Shown here piece after piece: positions 10,030 through 20,416 of a DNA stretch of 64,000 nt. Each line of letters starts with the position of its first letter. Positions within the stretch are counted from its first letter, which is position 1. The stretch is from Candidatus Bathyarchaeota archaeon (lineage in GTDB: Archaea > Thermoproteota > Bathyarchaeia > Bathyarchaeales > Bathycorpusculaceae): the NCBI GenBank assembly GCA_963772455.1, contig CAVYXJ010000009.1:1-64000 (forward strand), read 5' to 3'. Under the pieces are notes generated by a model that made no database searches, had not been told where the DNA came from, and worked only from the letters and a program-made list of their open reading frames with translations. The position numbers and the translations under genes are program-made.

Positions 10030-10632
10030 ATGAAAGTGGGATTAAATTTGGCTGCTGTTCAAGTACAAAAACAAGCAAAAGGAAAAATCAAAGTAAATCA
10101 AGTTATTCCTGTTGTAATCATAATTGTTTCCATTACTGGAGCTCTTTACTTCTCAGGATTTTTCGAGGGTACCTTTCCATTGACGCCAAACACGTTAACG
10201 CCAACAAGAGACATAGTGGGAACATGGAAAACTACCTTCTCTACTAAATTTAATATCGCCACTGACTGGTCAACATTCGGGCAGCTTGAGGATGTAGGCT
10301 CAGAAAACCGTACCATGACTTGGACAATAACTGCCACAGACCAAGAAAACATCGTAAGAGTGCAGGTGGAATTTAGCTACACCAACAGACAATTAATAGC
10401 AGACTCTGGATACACACCGGACACTTCACCTATGGGCTTAACCGGAATAATTAATGGAACACAATTAACTCTTACCAAAGCTGATAGCGGTCCAATAAAG
10501 CAAATTGGCTCAGTTGGCGTTTTCACTTTCACCACTCACAATATGGAAGGAACATGGCACGACCACTGGAATGGAGTATGGGATCAAAACGTCTACACAT
10601 CAACCAACGGACTGAAACTAATCAAACAATAA
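10030..10632 (+). CDS. Membrane-anchored secreted hypothetical protein (beta-rich)
   Basis: N-terminal TM VIPVVIIIVSITGALYF followed by a Thr-rich beta-strand domain. Confidence 0.7.
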   Translation: MKVGLNLAAVQVQKQAKGKIKVNQVIPVVIIIVSITGALYFSGFFEGTFPLTPNTLTPTRDIVGTWKTTFSTKFNIATDWSTFGQLEDVGSENRTMTWTITATDQENIVRVQVEFSYTNRQLIADSGYTPDTSPMGLTGIINGTQLTLTKADSGPIKQIGSVGVFTFTTHNMEGTWHDHWNGVWDQNVYTSTNGLKLIKQ

Positions 10633-10743
10633 TTAGACCCTAAAGAACAAAACTATAGGCTAACGTAATGGTTCAGGCATTCTTGCTGCTGCCGGATAAC
10701 AAAGAGAACCTTGAAATCAGATCTTCTAAAACAAAGACATCTT

Positions 10744-11853
10744 CTAGATAGACGGCTCTGAAACGACATGCGCCGTGTTTTCTTCAATTTCTTTAGCTTT
10801 TTTGAGACCCGACTTTCGTTTTTCTATCGCAGCAAGCGTTACTCCTTCGATGACATTTGGTTCTTCCTCGATATCCCGTGTGCTGATGACGTGGTTTTCC
10901 ACCGCTTTATAAAAGAAGTTTTCTGCGTCTTTTGTTCGGATAATTACCGTTGACCAATCCTTCAAAGGATAAGCGCTTCCAATGGATATGTCTGCGAGTT
11001 CTGAGGTGAAGTCTGTACATTTTCGGCAACTTGGCAAAATTTCATTTGAAATCTCAGTCAATGGAATCCTAAGTTCGCTTTTACTTGTTTGAATTACAAG
11101 TTCCGAAGTCAAGCGTAAGTGCTTGATATCCGATAATTCAATATTATATTTGTTTTTTAGATATTTCAGTAAAGCACCAAAAGATAGTGTGCCAAAACAA
11201 AAGAGCCCAATAGTTATTCGTAAGTTACCGCTAATTCTATGCTGCCATGCCCCCAGTTTTCGAAGAGCTAGCACATGACAGGGCACGCCAACAAAGGCAA
11301 TATTTGTTTTTCCGTAGCATTTAACTGCAGTTCCGTACGCTGTGGCTATTGAGGAGGGAAAAAACTTGCTCCCTATTGCTGAAAGTACGTCATCTGGCAC
11401 CGTTGCTACAGAAGGTTTAGGTTTTGCAGGGTTTTCAGGTTCGCCCTGAGAAACAATAGCACTATCAAAAATTTTGGTTTCGATACCGAATTTCAGCAGA
11501 GAAGTAACTACACCTCCACCGTGACTTAGTTCCCTTATTTTAGGATCAACCGCTTGAGCGAGAACTATTTTACGGTAGTACCCCAGTGCTTCATTCTTTA
11601 TCGGAGCATCAGCCACAACACTCAAACTTTTAAGCAAAAGCGCCTCTGAATGAGGGCAAATTTCGTAGCATATGGGACATAAATCAATGTTTTTAGAGCA
11701 ATCGCAGGTGTGCTTGACTTTTTCATCTTCAATATGCAAAGCACCCACTGGACAAGCGGCCTCACAAGCGCCGCAAAGAGTGCACAATCCGGTGTTAATT
11801 ATTCTTTTTTCCAAAATATTGTATGCTATGAGTGAGTCATTTTTTTCTCCCAT
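10744..11853 (-). CDS. Coenzyme F420 hydrogenase/dehydrogenase beta-subunit (FrhB-family) protein with N-terminal ferredoxin
   Basis: CTLCGACEAACP and CPICYEICP Fe-S motifs; GGGVVTSLL, VGVPCH, GLFC, CRKCTDFTSELADISIG; ATG at 11853 preferred over 11922. Confidence 0.88.
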   Translation of the reverse strand: MGEKNDSLIAYNILEKRIINTGLCTLCGACEAACPVGALHIEDEKVKHTCDCSKNIDLCPICYEICPHSEALLLKSLSVVADAPIKNEALGYYRKIVLAQAVDPKIRELSHGGGVVTSLLKFGIETKIFDSAIVSQGEPENPAKPKPSVATVPDDVLSAIGSKFFPSSIATAYGTAVKCYGKTNIAFVGVPCHVLALRKLGAWQHRISGNLRITIGLFCFGTLSFGALLKYLKNKYNIELSDIKHLRLTSELVIQTSKSELRIPLTEISNEILPSCRKCTDFTSELADISIGSAYPLKDWSTVIIRTKDAENFFYKAVENHVISTRDIEEEPNVIEGVTLAAIEKRKSGLKKAKEIEENTAHVVSEPSI

Positions 11854-12091
11854 AGTTAAACCCTTCACTAAAACAATGGCGCAAGGGTTCTTAAAAGGAT
11901 ACATTAAAAACTGGGAAAACAATTAAAAAAGGCGAAGGAACAAGAAAGCAAAAAGCGTTTTTGGTATAATTGTCGCAGGAAATACTAACATAATTCTTAA
12001 TTAGGTTACAAAAACCCAAGATAATTATTGACTAAAAAAAGGAAAAGATGTAGTTTGCGCAATAGCATTCAAAACCTGGTCGGTGATAGTA

Positions 12092-12829
12092 CTATTGGAG
12101 TCCTTTTTGACTATACCGATTATGATGAGTGAAGTCTCCAATATCTCTTCTGACGCGCAACTCCTTTGCTGGTGAGGGTATTGTTGGATATCCCAGACGA
12201 ATTGTGTAAGCAATCTTTAACGGGTCAGGGATATCAAGAAGCCGCTTCAGTTCCTCCTCTACAGATACCGTTGCTGATAGACTTAGAATCTGCATGCCAA
12301 TTCCCAAAGCTTGTGCAGTCAGCCAGATGTTTTCCATAAGGCAGCCTAAACCGATGAAGCCGTAAATATCCACAGCAAGAGCGGGTGCTTTCTTTCTTGG
12401 GTCATATAAAACCATTAGAAGAGTTGGGCTCCCTCTAATGGAATTACTAATCGGTATTGGGGGAGAACGCGCGATTTGGCTGAATTTGGCGGGGTCAACC
12501 CAGTCCGGCGGAAAACCAGTTGACAAAATCCCTGTCTTCTTATGCTTGAGCTCCTCCTCTGAGAATGACAAGTGCCCATAGTTATCGCGTAAGAAATCCT
12601 CTAAAACGCATGATTTTATACTGCTTATTCTTCCAAGCACTGCTCTGTCGTCGACAACCATGATTTCGTAGTTCTGCATGTTGTGTCCTGTAGGGGCCCA
12701 ACGTGCAGCCTCCAATATATGCTCGAGATTCTCCTTAGAGATTGGTCTATTTGGGTCAAATGGAACACGAACGGATTTACGTTCCTTAATAGTCTCAAAA
12801 ACGTCTTTCAAACGAAAACCCTTTAACAC
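12092..12829 (-). CDS. Nitroreductase family protein
   Basis: IKERKSVR, ILEAARWAPTGHNMQ, ENIWLTAQALGIG, RLGYP. Confidence 0.9.
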   Translation of the reverse strand: MLKGFRLKDVFETIKERKSVRVPFDPNRPISKENLEHILEAARWAPTGHNMQNYEIMVVDDRAVLGRISSIKSCVLEDFLRDNYGHLSFSEEELKHKKTGILSTGFPPDWVDPAKFSQIARSPPIPISNSIRGSPTLLMVLYDPRKKAPALAVDIYGFIGLGCLMENIWLTAQALGIGMQILSLSATVSVEEELKRLLDIPDPLKIAYTIRLGYPTIPSPAKELRVRRDIGDFTHHNRYSQKGLQ

Positions 12830-13097
12830 TTAATTTATTCTGGAAAATGAACTTTTCGTCCAAAATATCCTTATATTTCGAATTTGCCTGCTTTTCTTGT
12901 AGCCATAACACTTTGGCATAATTATCAAGGGATTTACCAACATAATTCTTAATTAGCTCTGAAAATGGAAGGATAATTATCACTAATTATCTGCTCTTAC
13001 GTCGGAAACGTGCTTTAAAGTCCTAAAGAAACTATTGGACCTCAAGAAATGAAGTCTTGATCACGACAAAGCCGAGATTAACCATAGAATCAGCAGT

Positions 13098-13565
13098 TCA
13101 ATATGATTTTTTTTCAAGCACATCAACGCACTTTCTAGCCCACTTACCAGCGTCGGATAAATCTTTTGCATCTGGATGCCCACGCCTTGTTAAACCAAAG
13201 GTCTTCCCAAAACATTTGAAGCAATCATCAATTAACCTTTGATTCTTAGCTTCTAAAAGCTGTTTTACTCGATTAAACGTCAAGCAGTCACTTTTGCCGC
13301 CACCAGCCCATGTCATAAAAAGAGCAAAATGTCTACAACTATCTTCAAAATTCAACTGCTTTAAGAAACAAAGCATATCCGGGCTTGGTTCTCCACCGCG
13401 AACCCAAGTCCCAATAAACACAAGATCAAAATCCTTATGTAATATTGTTGAAAAATTTGATTCTGGCGATATTTTTATTGCTTTACAATTTAATTCTTGG
13501 GCGATTTCGATAGCAACTTTTTCAGTATTACCACTTTTTGTCGAATAAATGACAACTGGATTCAT
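13098..13565 (-). CDS. Flavodoxin family protein
   Basis: VIYSTKSGNTEKVA FMN-binding loop; DLVFIGT; GHPD. Confidence 0.88.
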   Translation of the reverse strand: MNPVVIYSTKSGNTEKVAIEIAQELNCKAIKISPESNFSTILHKDFDLVFIGTWVRGGEPSPDMLCFLKQLNFEDSCRHFALFMTWAGGGKSDCLTFNRVKQLLEAKNQRLIDDCFKCFGKTFGLTRRGHPDAKDLSDAGKWARKCVDVLEKKSY

Positions 13566-13740
13566 CGAATTAACCTGCCAAACAAATTACGGCAACAAAA
13601 TTAAAGGCTTCCTAAAGAACACCCTCGCTCCTCAGCTGCCCAAGAATATCATTGTTAAGGAAAACTGACACAACTCCAAGATCAAGGAAAATTTCAACTT
13701 TCAAATGGTTTTTATGGGAAGACTGCTTATGTTATGGTAG

Positions 13741-14031
13741 GTGTTTTTTATGGTTGAAGATTTTGAACAAGACGATTTTGATATGCTTGACCAATCAGTT
13801 AAACAGGTTCTCGTGGTCCTATCTGAATTTGAAAAAGGTCTGTTGGTGAAAGTGGACATTTTACATAGAAAGACAGGTTTGATGCCTGAAGGCCTAAACG
13901 ACGCAGTGAGGCACCTGTCAAAATCTGGTCTCATCGACATACTTGATACACCAAAGAAAATGGGACCTTACGATTTCTACGCTGTCGAAATTACTGATTT
14001 AGGTCGAGAAGTGCTCGCAAAATTCGGATAA
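13741..14031 (+). CDS. Small winged-helix protein
   Basis: LNDAVRHLSKSGLID....VEITDLGREVL wHTH pattern; start possibly 13749. Confidence 0.6.
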   Translation: MFFMVEDFEQDDFDMLDQSVKQVLVVLSEFEKGLLVKVDILHRKTGLMPEGLNDAVRHLSKSGLIDILDTPKKMGPYDFYAVEITDLGREVLAKFG

Positions 14032-14133
14032 GTTACTTTAGCGTCAAGTAAACTATTCTCTCAATTTTTTTTATTGCTAAAAATTGGTTAATTGATAATA
14101 ATCCTTTTAACACAAATCATTCTTTAGTCAAGT

Positions 14134-14685
14134 ATGGGAAAAGGCTGGATAATTGTTGTGTTTGCCTTGGTTTTAGCAATTTCATCATTAGTTTTAATTA
14201 TAGGATATCAAGCCATGGATAATACCCAGCAAAACATGGCTGATTCTTGGATGTTTAAAGGGGCATATGCAACATATGAAGGTAAAATAAACGCACTATC
14301 CACACCAATTAGCATAGATGAAACAATACAAGTTACTGAATTAAACAACACACACATACAAATCCAGACCAACTCATCAATTGCCACATCTTTTACACCA
14401 ACACTATCCGACCAAACTACGTTATGGATCAACAAAACAAACATCAACTTTCAGCCTAAAGGTGTAACACTTGAAAAGACCTATAATACAGAAATAACCG
14501 TCAGAAACATAGGAAAACGAGAATGCATAGCCTACGATTACACCACCCAAGCAATTAACGCTACATATTATTTAGACAAAGTTCTCCTATGGCCCGTTAG
14601 AATAGTTTTTGCAACAGCTTTTGAAAATCAAACCTACCATATAGAATTTAACCTTAAAGACACAAACATAAAAGAACTAAACTAA
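14134..14685 (+). CDS. Membrane-anchored hypothetical protein
   Basis: N-terminal TM, then W.FKGAYATY beta-rich domain. Confidence 0.7.
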   Translation: MGKGWIIVVFALVLAISSLVLIIGYQAMDNTQQNMADSWMFKGAYATYEGKINALSTPISIDETIQVTELNNTHIQIQTNSSIATSFTPTLSDQTTLWINKTNINFQPKGVTLEKTYNTEITVRNIGKRECIAYDYTTQAINATYYLDKVLLWPVRIVFATAFENQTYHIEFNLKDTNIKELN

Positions 14686-14786
14686 AGTTACAATTACTAC
14701 TTTATTTTCAAAGCAAAAAAGCGCCTCTGGTGATTATTCAAAAAAAAATGACGCTTTTTACCCCAATGAATAAAAAAAAGAAAAAA

Positions 14787-15305
14787 TTAGGTTGTAGGTT
14801 CAAAAGTTGAATCAGCAAGCTCCGGATTTATAACAACATTCGTTACTGTCACACTGTCGCCAAATGAATTATTGAACGAGACATTTCCGTTTCCAGTCCA
14901 ATTTGCCTTTAGCTGGTTTAAGTATTGAATCCACTCGGATCCCCAGAGATTATTTAATTCGTTATAATTGGTACTGACCCATGTGCCGTTTTCATTTCTC
15001 CAAGCTTCCTGGTTTTCCGAATTCACAATGTAAGTAAAGCCAGTTTGATCTGATGCATTAGCATAAATGGTTAATCGAATTTTTTGATCAGTTGTTCCAA
15101 TATCTGCTACTAACCATTTGAATGGGTTTGAGGGGCCTTGGTTACTTCCAACTACATCAGCATTAACCTGAAGACTTGTAGCATTCTGCACAGTAAAAAC
15201 ATCTGGTTTGGCTGTTCCGTTCTGAGCAAAATAATAGATCGCAACTGCACTTAACACTACGACAATTAAAAGTATCACTGCAACTACTAATTTAGAGACT
15301 TTCAT
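14787..15305 (-). CDS. Membrane-anchored hypothetical protein
   Basis: N-terminal TM; Asn/Thr-rich ectodomain ending in VINPELADSTFEP. Confidence 0.7.
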   Translation of the reverse strand: MKVSKLVVAVILLIVVVLSAVAIYYFAQNGTAKPDVFTVQNATSLQVNADVVGSNQGPSNPFKWLVADIGTTDQKIRLTIYANASDQTGFTYIVNSENQEAWRNENGTWVSTNYNELNNLWGSEWIQYLNQLKANWTGNGNVSFNNSFGDSVTVTNVVINPELADSTFEPTT

Positions 15306-15422
15306 AATTAATCATTAATAATTTCAATCTCATCATTAATTAAAACTTTCCTTTAATGTCAGATTCAAAAAATATGACCTCTTTTGGCTCATTTTCAAAG
15401 AACATTTAGCTATTAAGACACT

Positions 15423-15453
15423 TCATTTTTTGAGACTAAAAAAGGGGAAAGAT
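15423..15453 (-). terminator. Conserved 3' element/U-rich terminator of PQQ-like gene 2
   Basis: Near-identical to 6311-6342. Confidence 0.6.
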
Positions 15454-15471
15454 TTTTGATTTATTGTTGTT

Positions 15472-18180
15472 TTATGGTCGTTTCTTTAATACCAGTAGCG
15501 CCAAAACGACGCCGACTAGAAGAATTGCTACGATTATAGCGATTATTCCAGGTAGTATATAGATATCAGCTGCTGACTGTGGGGGTATTTGGGTTGGCGC
15601 TGGGGTTGGTAGTGCTGGATCAACTGCAAAGGAAGTTATGGCATGTGATGGCCAATAAGCTGCCGAACCACCAAACGAAGCATAAACAGTGTATGGACCT
15701 TCGATGTCTGGCTTCCAAGTCAAACTATAGAAACCATCAGAGTTGCTTGTAACCGAACCGATTTGTCTATAATTGCCATTTGAGTCAACAATATTGATTG
15801 CCACTGGAACACCTGTAACATTGGTTGGCCGTGGTTTCTGCATGTAAATGTACCTCATCCAATCGCTCATGCTTTCATCTGAAACAGCTGGAACACCATA
15901 TGGAAACCGCGCAGCTTGTTCATTCTGCTTTGTCCCTGCAGCAATATCTGTAACCATACCGCTAATGACTAAAGATCTGCCTAACTCTACTGCTGCTTTT
16001 GGCGCCTCGACTGTAATAGCACTGGGTCCCTTTCCTACACTGTATACTTGCATGTCGTAGTGGTTGAGATAAACTAAGAAGCCGTCAGCAACAGCAAACC
16101 CTTCGCGTCTATGGTGACCACCCCATCCGGTTAAAGTCCAGATTTCTTGACCGGTTGTAGCATTGAGAGCGCGTACTAGCGAGTCTTTGTATAATGGCGG
16201 TTGAGCACTGTGTTCACCAGTATCTAAGTAAAGTACTCCGTTTGCGATAGGACCTGGATATATCGGATACCTACCGTAGGCTAAGCCAGTACCAGAATAA
16301 GTTGTGTTCCCGGGTCCACCATTACCGTAGGTCCATGCTAGTTCCCCGGTTTTTGTATCGTAAGCATGCATTATTCCACCGTAACCACCAAAGTAAACTA
16401 GACCGTAAGCAGTTTGCATACCGATGGCACCTAAGTAACTGTAGAGGATAAAGTCGGAAGAATCTGCAGGAAGAGTAGTAGTCCATAATTGTTCTCCGTT
16501 GACTAGACTAAAACCTACTAGCTGTGAGACTTCTTTATCGTAGCCAATAAAGACATTGTTCACTGTATCGATAAGTTTTCCTGGAAAGCTTCGTGAGACT
16601 GCTGGCGGATCATAGTTCTTCATCCATAAAACTTGTCCTCTCTGTCCTCTTGATGCGTTTAAGTTAATAGCATAAACAGTGTAAGGATCATGAACTCTTG
16701 GTGTTGGCAGAGTGCCGTTTCTAATCAGCATCATATCATCAAGGATTGTATAGATAATTGCCGCGTTTGATTGTAACCCTGGCACTGTTATGTTCCAGTC
16801 ATAGCGAGTTGATATTTGGGTTGCTTGAGCTGAAGGTACGGCTACCCATGCGGATCCGTTCCAATTCCACGCTTGTCCAGTTCCTGCTGATGTTGTTGGC
16901 CGAGCTGGGGTTATAGGTATGTTTCCAACTACCTCTTTCTGTATAGTTGGTGTTGTTCCCCATGTCCAAAGTTTAGATGAATTCCATTGTGCTATCCACT
17001 TGGCTGCAGCGTTGAGTTGATAGAGATAAATTGTGCCGTCTTCGCCTAATGCTTCTGTTCCTACGCTAGTTGTTGGACTAATGGAACGAGTTACAGGCAT
17101 GTAAGTGACATTAAATAGAGGGTTTCCTGTGCGTGCATCAAATGCTCTTCCAAAGTCTGCTGTGAATAGAATGCCGGGCCATGTGCCGTGCATGTTTGGG
17201 TTATCTCCAGATGTGTAGACATAACCGAATTGGAATAAGTTGTTGGGCCCTGGAATTCTCTGTGACCATAGTTCTTCTCCAGTGCGTAAATCTACTGCCT
17301 TTGTTAATCCGCCTGCGGTATTAGTTGTCACCTCGATACTTTCAGGTTCTGTATAGTAGAGTACTCCATACATCACTATTGGATTGTTGAATCTTCGGTT
17401 GTAAGTTGTTCCAATATAGTATCCTTCGCCTTCAACGAAGTTATTGGTACCACCAACAACTCCTCCTTCTTGAATTGGCTTTGTCCACATAACGTGAGAA
17501 GTGACAGGTCCTATGCCATCTTCTGGATTTCTGAGTCTTTCTTCTGCAAGTTGCGGCGATTGTCTACCCAGCCAGTTTGACGAGATTGTCCACCAATCTG
17601 AGTTCTCTCCTTCTATTGGGCGTGTCCAGTATTCAGTGGGCATAGGATAACTACTAGGCGGCGAGTAAACTGGTTCGTCCTGAACAGTAACTGTAACTAG
17701 TTTGCTTTCGCATGGCAAAAATGTGTCGTTTTCATAAAGTGCATTTGCAGTTGAAAGACCAGGGGTGTTTGCCGCATTCCAAGTAAAGGTTTCTCCAAGA
17801 TACGTCCACTTAAATGTGTAATTACCAGCTTTATCAGGGTAATACAGAAAAGGCTGTGAAGCTGCAGTGTCAGTAATGAGGGGCCAATCCTTTGTTTCAA
17901 TTGTATTATCGGGTTTTGTAATTGTAAGTTGGAAATTATGATATCTGATGTTGTTTTCTACAGCTGCTCCAGGTAGAACTGAATCAAGCCACATGACAAT
18001 GAACAATCGTTGTCCGACACCTATTGGATTTGGTGCAACGCTCAAATAAGCATAAGTAGGAATCTCCCATTTGGGGGTGTGCGCTTTAGCTGTTGGCAAA
18101 GTAATAATTGTAGTTGCAATTGAGAAAAGCAATATTAAAGTCAAGAAAATAGTCATTGATTTATTACATAAAGTTTTCAA
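15472..18180 (-). CDS. Membrane-anchored PQQ-like beta-propeller surface protein, paralog 2 (902 aa)
   Basis: Same architecture as paralog 1: APNPIGVGQ, PTEYWTRPI, GEHS, ALNATTGQEIW, GKGPS, TM + KKRP. Confidence 0.85.
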   Translation of the reverse strand: MKTLCNKSMTIFLTLILLFSIATTIITLPTAKAHTPKWEIPTYAYLSVAPNPIGVGQRLFIVMWLDSVLPGAAVENNIRYHNFQLTITKPDNTIETKDWPLITDTAASQPFLYYPDKAGNYTFKWTYLGETFTWNAANTPGLSTANALYENDTFLPCESKLVTVTVQDEPVYSPPSSYPMPTEYWTRPIEGENSDWWTISSNWLGRQSPQLAEERLRNPEDGIGPVTSHVMWTKPIQEGGVVGGTNNFVEGEGYYIGTTYNRRFNNPIVMYGVLYYTEPESIEVTTNTAGGLTKAVDLRTGEELWSQRIPGPNNLFQFGYVYTSGDNPNMHGTWPGILFTADFGRAFDARTGNPLFNVTYMPVTRSISPTTSVGTEALGEDGTIYLYQLNAAAKWIAQWNSSKLWTWGTTPTIQKEVVGNIPITPARPTTSAGTGQAWNWNGSAWVAVPSAQATQISTRYDWNITVPGLQSNAAIIYTILDDMMLIRNGTLPTPRVHDPYTVYAINLNASRGQRGQVLWMKNYDPPAVSRSFPGKLIDTVNNVFIGYDKEVSQLVGFSLVNGEQLWTTTLPADSSDFILYSYLGAIGMQTAYGLVYFGGYGGIMHAYDTKTGELAWTYGNGGPGNTTYSGTGLAYGRYPIYPGPIANGVLYLDTGEHSAQPPLYKDSLVRALNATTGQEIWTLTGWGGHHRREGFAVADGFLVYLNHYDMQVYSVGKGPSAITVEAPKAAVELGRSLVISGMVTDIAAGTKQNEQAARFPYGVPAVSDESMSDWMRYIYMQKPRPTNVTGVPVAINIVDSNGNYRQIGSVTSNSDGFYSLTWKPDIEGPYTVYASFGGSAAYWPSHAITSFAVDPALPTPAPTQIPPQSAADIYILPGIIAIIVAILLVGVVLALLVLKKRP

Positions 18181-18388
18181 GTCTTTTTCTTCCTTTCATT
18201 TTTAACAAAACAATTTCAAGAATGAGATTGCTATGTCAACTCTAATATTACTCAACTTTATATATAAAATAATCTGATTTTTCCAAATGAGTCTTCTTCT
18301 TCAAAATTATCAATATCCAAACAGAAATAGAACGCTGTTTGGTAAAAAAAAAGTAAGTGGATGTATTAATAATTAGTCAGGACAAACA

Positions 18389-18988
18389 TTATTCAGGCGC
18401 TTCAGTTTTCATGGTCGAATCTGCTTCTTTGAAGTCAGCTTTTCGAAGACCAATCATATAGGTTGCTTCTCTTCTCCAGAACTCCTTTCCATTATGGAAA
18501 GCAATTAAGGTTGGAATTCTCCTGATCTTCAAGGAAGTCCATAAAGAATTATCTTCATCTGATAGATCTACTCTGAAAACTTTGTAAGAAATGGACCTAA
18601 GAGAAGCCAAGTGACGATAAGCACTGCGGCAAAAAGGACACCACTCGGCATAGAAAAATACCAGAATCTTACCACTCTCTACAAACCGATCATTATTGAA
18701 GTCCAACTCTAGAAGGGAAGGATAATCCAATAGCTCATCCACATGAGAACTGTACTTCTGAAATACTACTATAATTAGAAACTCCACAGGTATCATTACA
18801 AACGAAAAAACAACCATGAAAGGCAGTTCAAGAGGCTCACCCTGAATTATTCTCAATATACCCAAAACGCAAAAGATTATAACCCATGAATAGAGACTAA
18901 ATTCAATATAGTCTCGTTTAGACCAATGCACAACGAGTTTATGCCACCACATCGAGAAGAATAACCTCAAAGAAAAACAACAAAACAC
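18389..18988 (-). CDS. Thioredoxin-family protein with N-terminal membrane segments (start uncertain)
   Basis: FFYAEWCPFC active-site motif and IPTLIAF cis-Pro loop; two hydrophobic segments upstream. Confidence 0.75.
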   Translation of the reverse strand: MFCCFSLRLFFSMWWHKLVVHWSKRDYIEFSLYSWVIIFCVLGILRIIQGEPLELPFMVVFSFVMIPVEFLIIVVFQKYSSHVDELLDYPSLLELDFNNDRFVESGKILVFFYAEWCPFCRSAYRHLASLRSISYKVFRVDLSDEDNSLWTSLKIRRIPTLIAFHNGKEFWRREATYMIGLRKADFKEADSTMKTEAPE

Positions 18989-19008
18989 TCTGCCTTATTA
19001 CTCTTAAT

Positions 19009-19755
19009 TTAAACATACCAGACTTTCGCTTGATTCCAATAAAACAAAAACAAATCATTAGTCCACCCAAGAAAAATAGGATCATCACCAAAGAATGACG
19101 GAAAGTCAACGTTTCCATCGAGTTTAGGAAATGAAACAGACGCTTCCCTCTCAGAAACCATCATTATAAGCGGAACATCCGGCAAGAGTTTTCTTTCAAC
19201 ACCCTTTCCAGAAGGCAAGTCAGCTTTTGTCTCTCGAACTTTCTCCAACATAATCGACCTAAGCTTAACACCCTCAAGCAGTTTACCAGCCATTATTTTA
19301 CTAAGGTGACTCATGGATTGAGGCGTCATAACCCAAACATACTCTTTCGCACCCTGAATGAGATCAGACCACCTTACCAAATCTTCGTTTAAATTATCCA
19401 CTAAAGTAGCTTGGGATAAAGCGCCTATCCTACTAACAAAGGACAACGGAATACGGTTAACATCATGGTTTAAGAAATAATCACCTTTTCTATAAACAAG
19501 TTCCATCGAAGCTGAAAGACTTAACAGCAATCGCCCAAGGGCCGATGTGGAATATGCTCCGTCAGGTTCTCTCTCGATAAATTTAGCTTGACTTAATCTT
19601 TGCAGTTGACGTGAAGTTTCTGTCGCCGTTAAATCAAGCTTACGCGCAAGGTCCTGCATTTTCAACTTAGAATCACATAATTCTCTTAAAATCGCAAGCC
19701 TATCCTCACTTGCCAACTCAAAGAACAATAGATCCAAACGTTTCTCTTCACTCAT
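19009..19755 (-). CDS. ArsR-like winged-helix regulator with C-terminal DUF1724/FilR1-like domain
   Basis: LFFELASEDRLAIL, TATETSRQLQRL, GW..DLF..YW; ATG at 19755. Confidence 0.8.
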   Translation of the reverse strand: MSEEKRLDLLFFELASEDRLAILRELCDSKLKMQDLARKLDLTATETSRQLQRLSQAKFIEREPDGAYSTSALGRLLLSLSASMELVYRKGDYFLNHDVNRIPLSFVSRIGALSQATLVDNLNEDLVRWSDLIQGAKEYVWVMTPQSMSHLSKIMAGKLLEGVKLRSIMLEKVRETKADLPSGKGVERKLLPDVPLIMMVSEREASVSFPKLDGNVDFPSFFGDDPIFLGWTNDLFLFYWNQAKVWYV

Positions 19756-19769
19756 ACAACCACTTACTC

Positions 19770-19791
19770 GATTAAACATTGATGTTTAATC
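19770..19791. promoter_or_regulatory. Perfect inverted repeat, putative operator between divergent genes
   Basis: gattaaacat-tg-atgtttaatc (10-bp arms). Confidence 0.65.
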
Positions 19792-19857
19792 TTACACAGT
19801 CTTGTCAAATAAAACTAATGGGGTTTTTGTGTATATGGTTGTTTGAGGAAACTCAAA

Positions 19858-20118
19858 ATGAACACCCAAAAAATAACTCAAACAAAAATCGAACAAACCC
19901 CAATTGAAAAACAAACAGACGAAGCAAAGAAAGGCTTCAAAATAAACCTAACCGCATACGCGGTCGTAAACAGCATGTTAGTAACCGTTAACATGTTGAC
20001 AGTTCCGCAGTTCCCCTGGTTCCTGTTCCCAATGTGCGGCTGGGGCTTTGGCATAACAATGCACTATATCTTCGGCGTCCGCCTACTTGGCAAAAAAGCA
20101 AAACAAGCATCCGCATAA
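19858..20118 (+). CDS. 2TM-domain membrane protein
   Basis: GFKINLTAYAVVN...PWFLFPMCGWGFGITMHY matches the 2TM family pattern. Confidence 0.8.
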   Translation: MNTQKITQTKIEQTPIEKQTDEAKKGFKINLTAYAVVNSMLVTVNMLTVPQFPWFLFPMCGWGFGITMHYIFGVRLLGKKAKQASA

Positions 20119-20148
20119 AACCAGCCGTTAACACTTGGAGGAAAAACA

Positions 20149-20409
20149 ATGCAAACCAAAGAAAAAACCGAACGATGCTTCTCAATCGAACTTAACTCAA
20201 AACAACAAATCAAGAACATGACTTTAACCAACAATGGCCAAAAAGAAAACACGTTAATCGAAGGAACAATCGGCAACCTAGTTGAAGCAACCTTCACCGA
20301 AGGAATAATCCTTGAAGTCACTGGAACTAAAGGAACACTAAGATTTGACCTCCAAGCAAAAGAAATTAAACAAACACAATCTATTAACAGTAAAAAAACG
20401 TGGAAGTAA
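20149..20409 (+). CDS. Hypothetical protein
   Basis: 86 aa ORF with GGAGG SD, in an operon-like array. Confidence 0.7.
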   Translation: MQTKEKTERCFSIELNSKQQIKNMTLTNNGQKENTLIEGTIGNLVEATFTEGIILEVTGTKGTLRFDLQAKEIKQTQSINSKKTWK

Positions 20410-20416
20410 CTGACCA

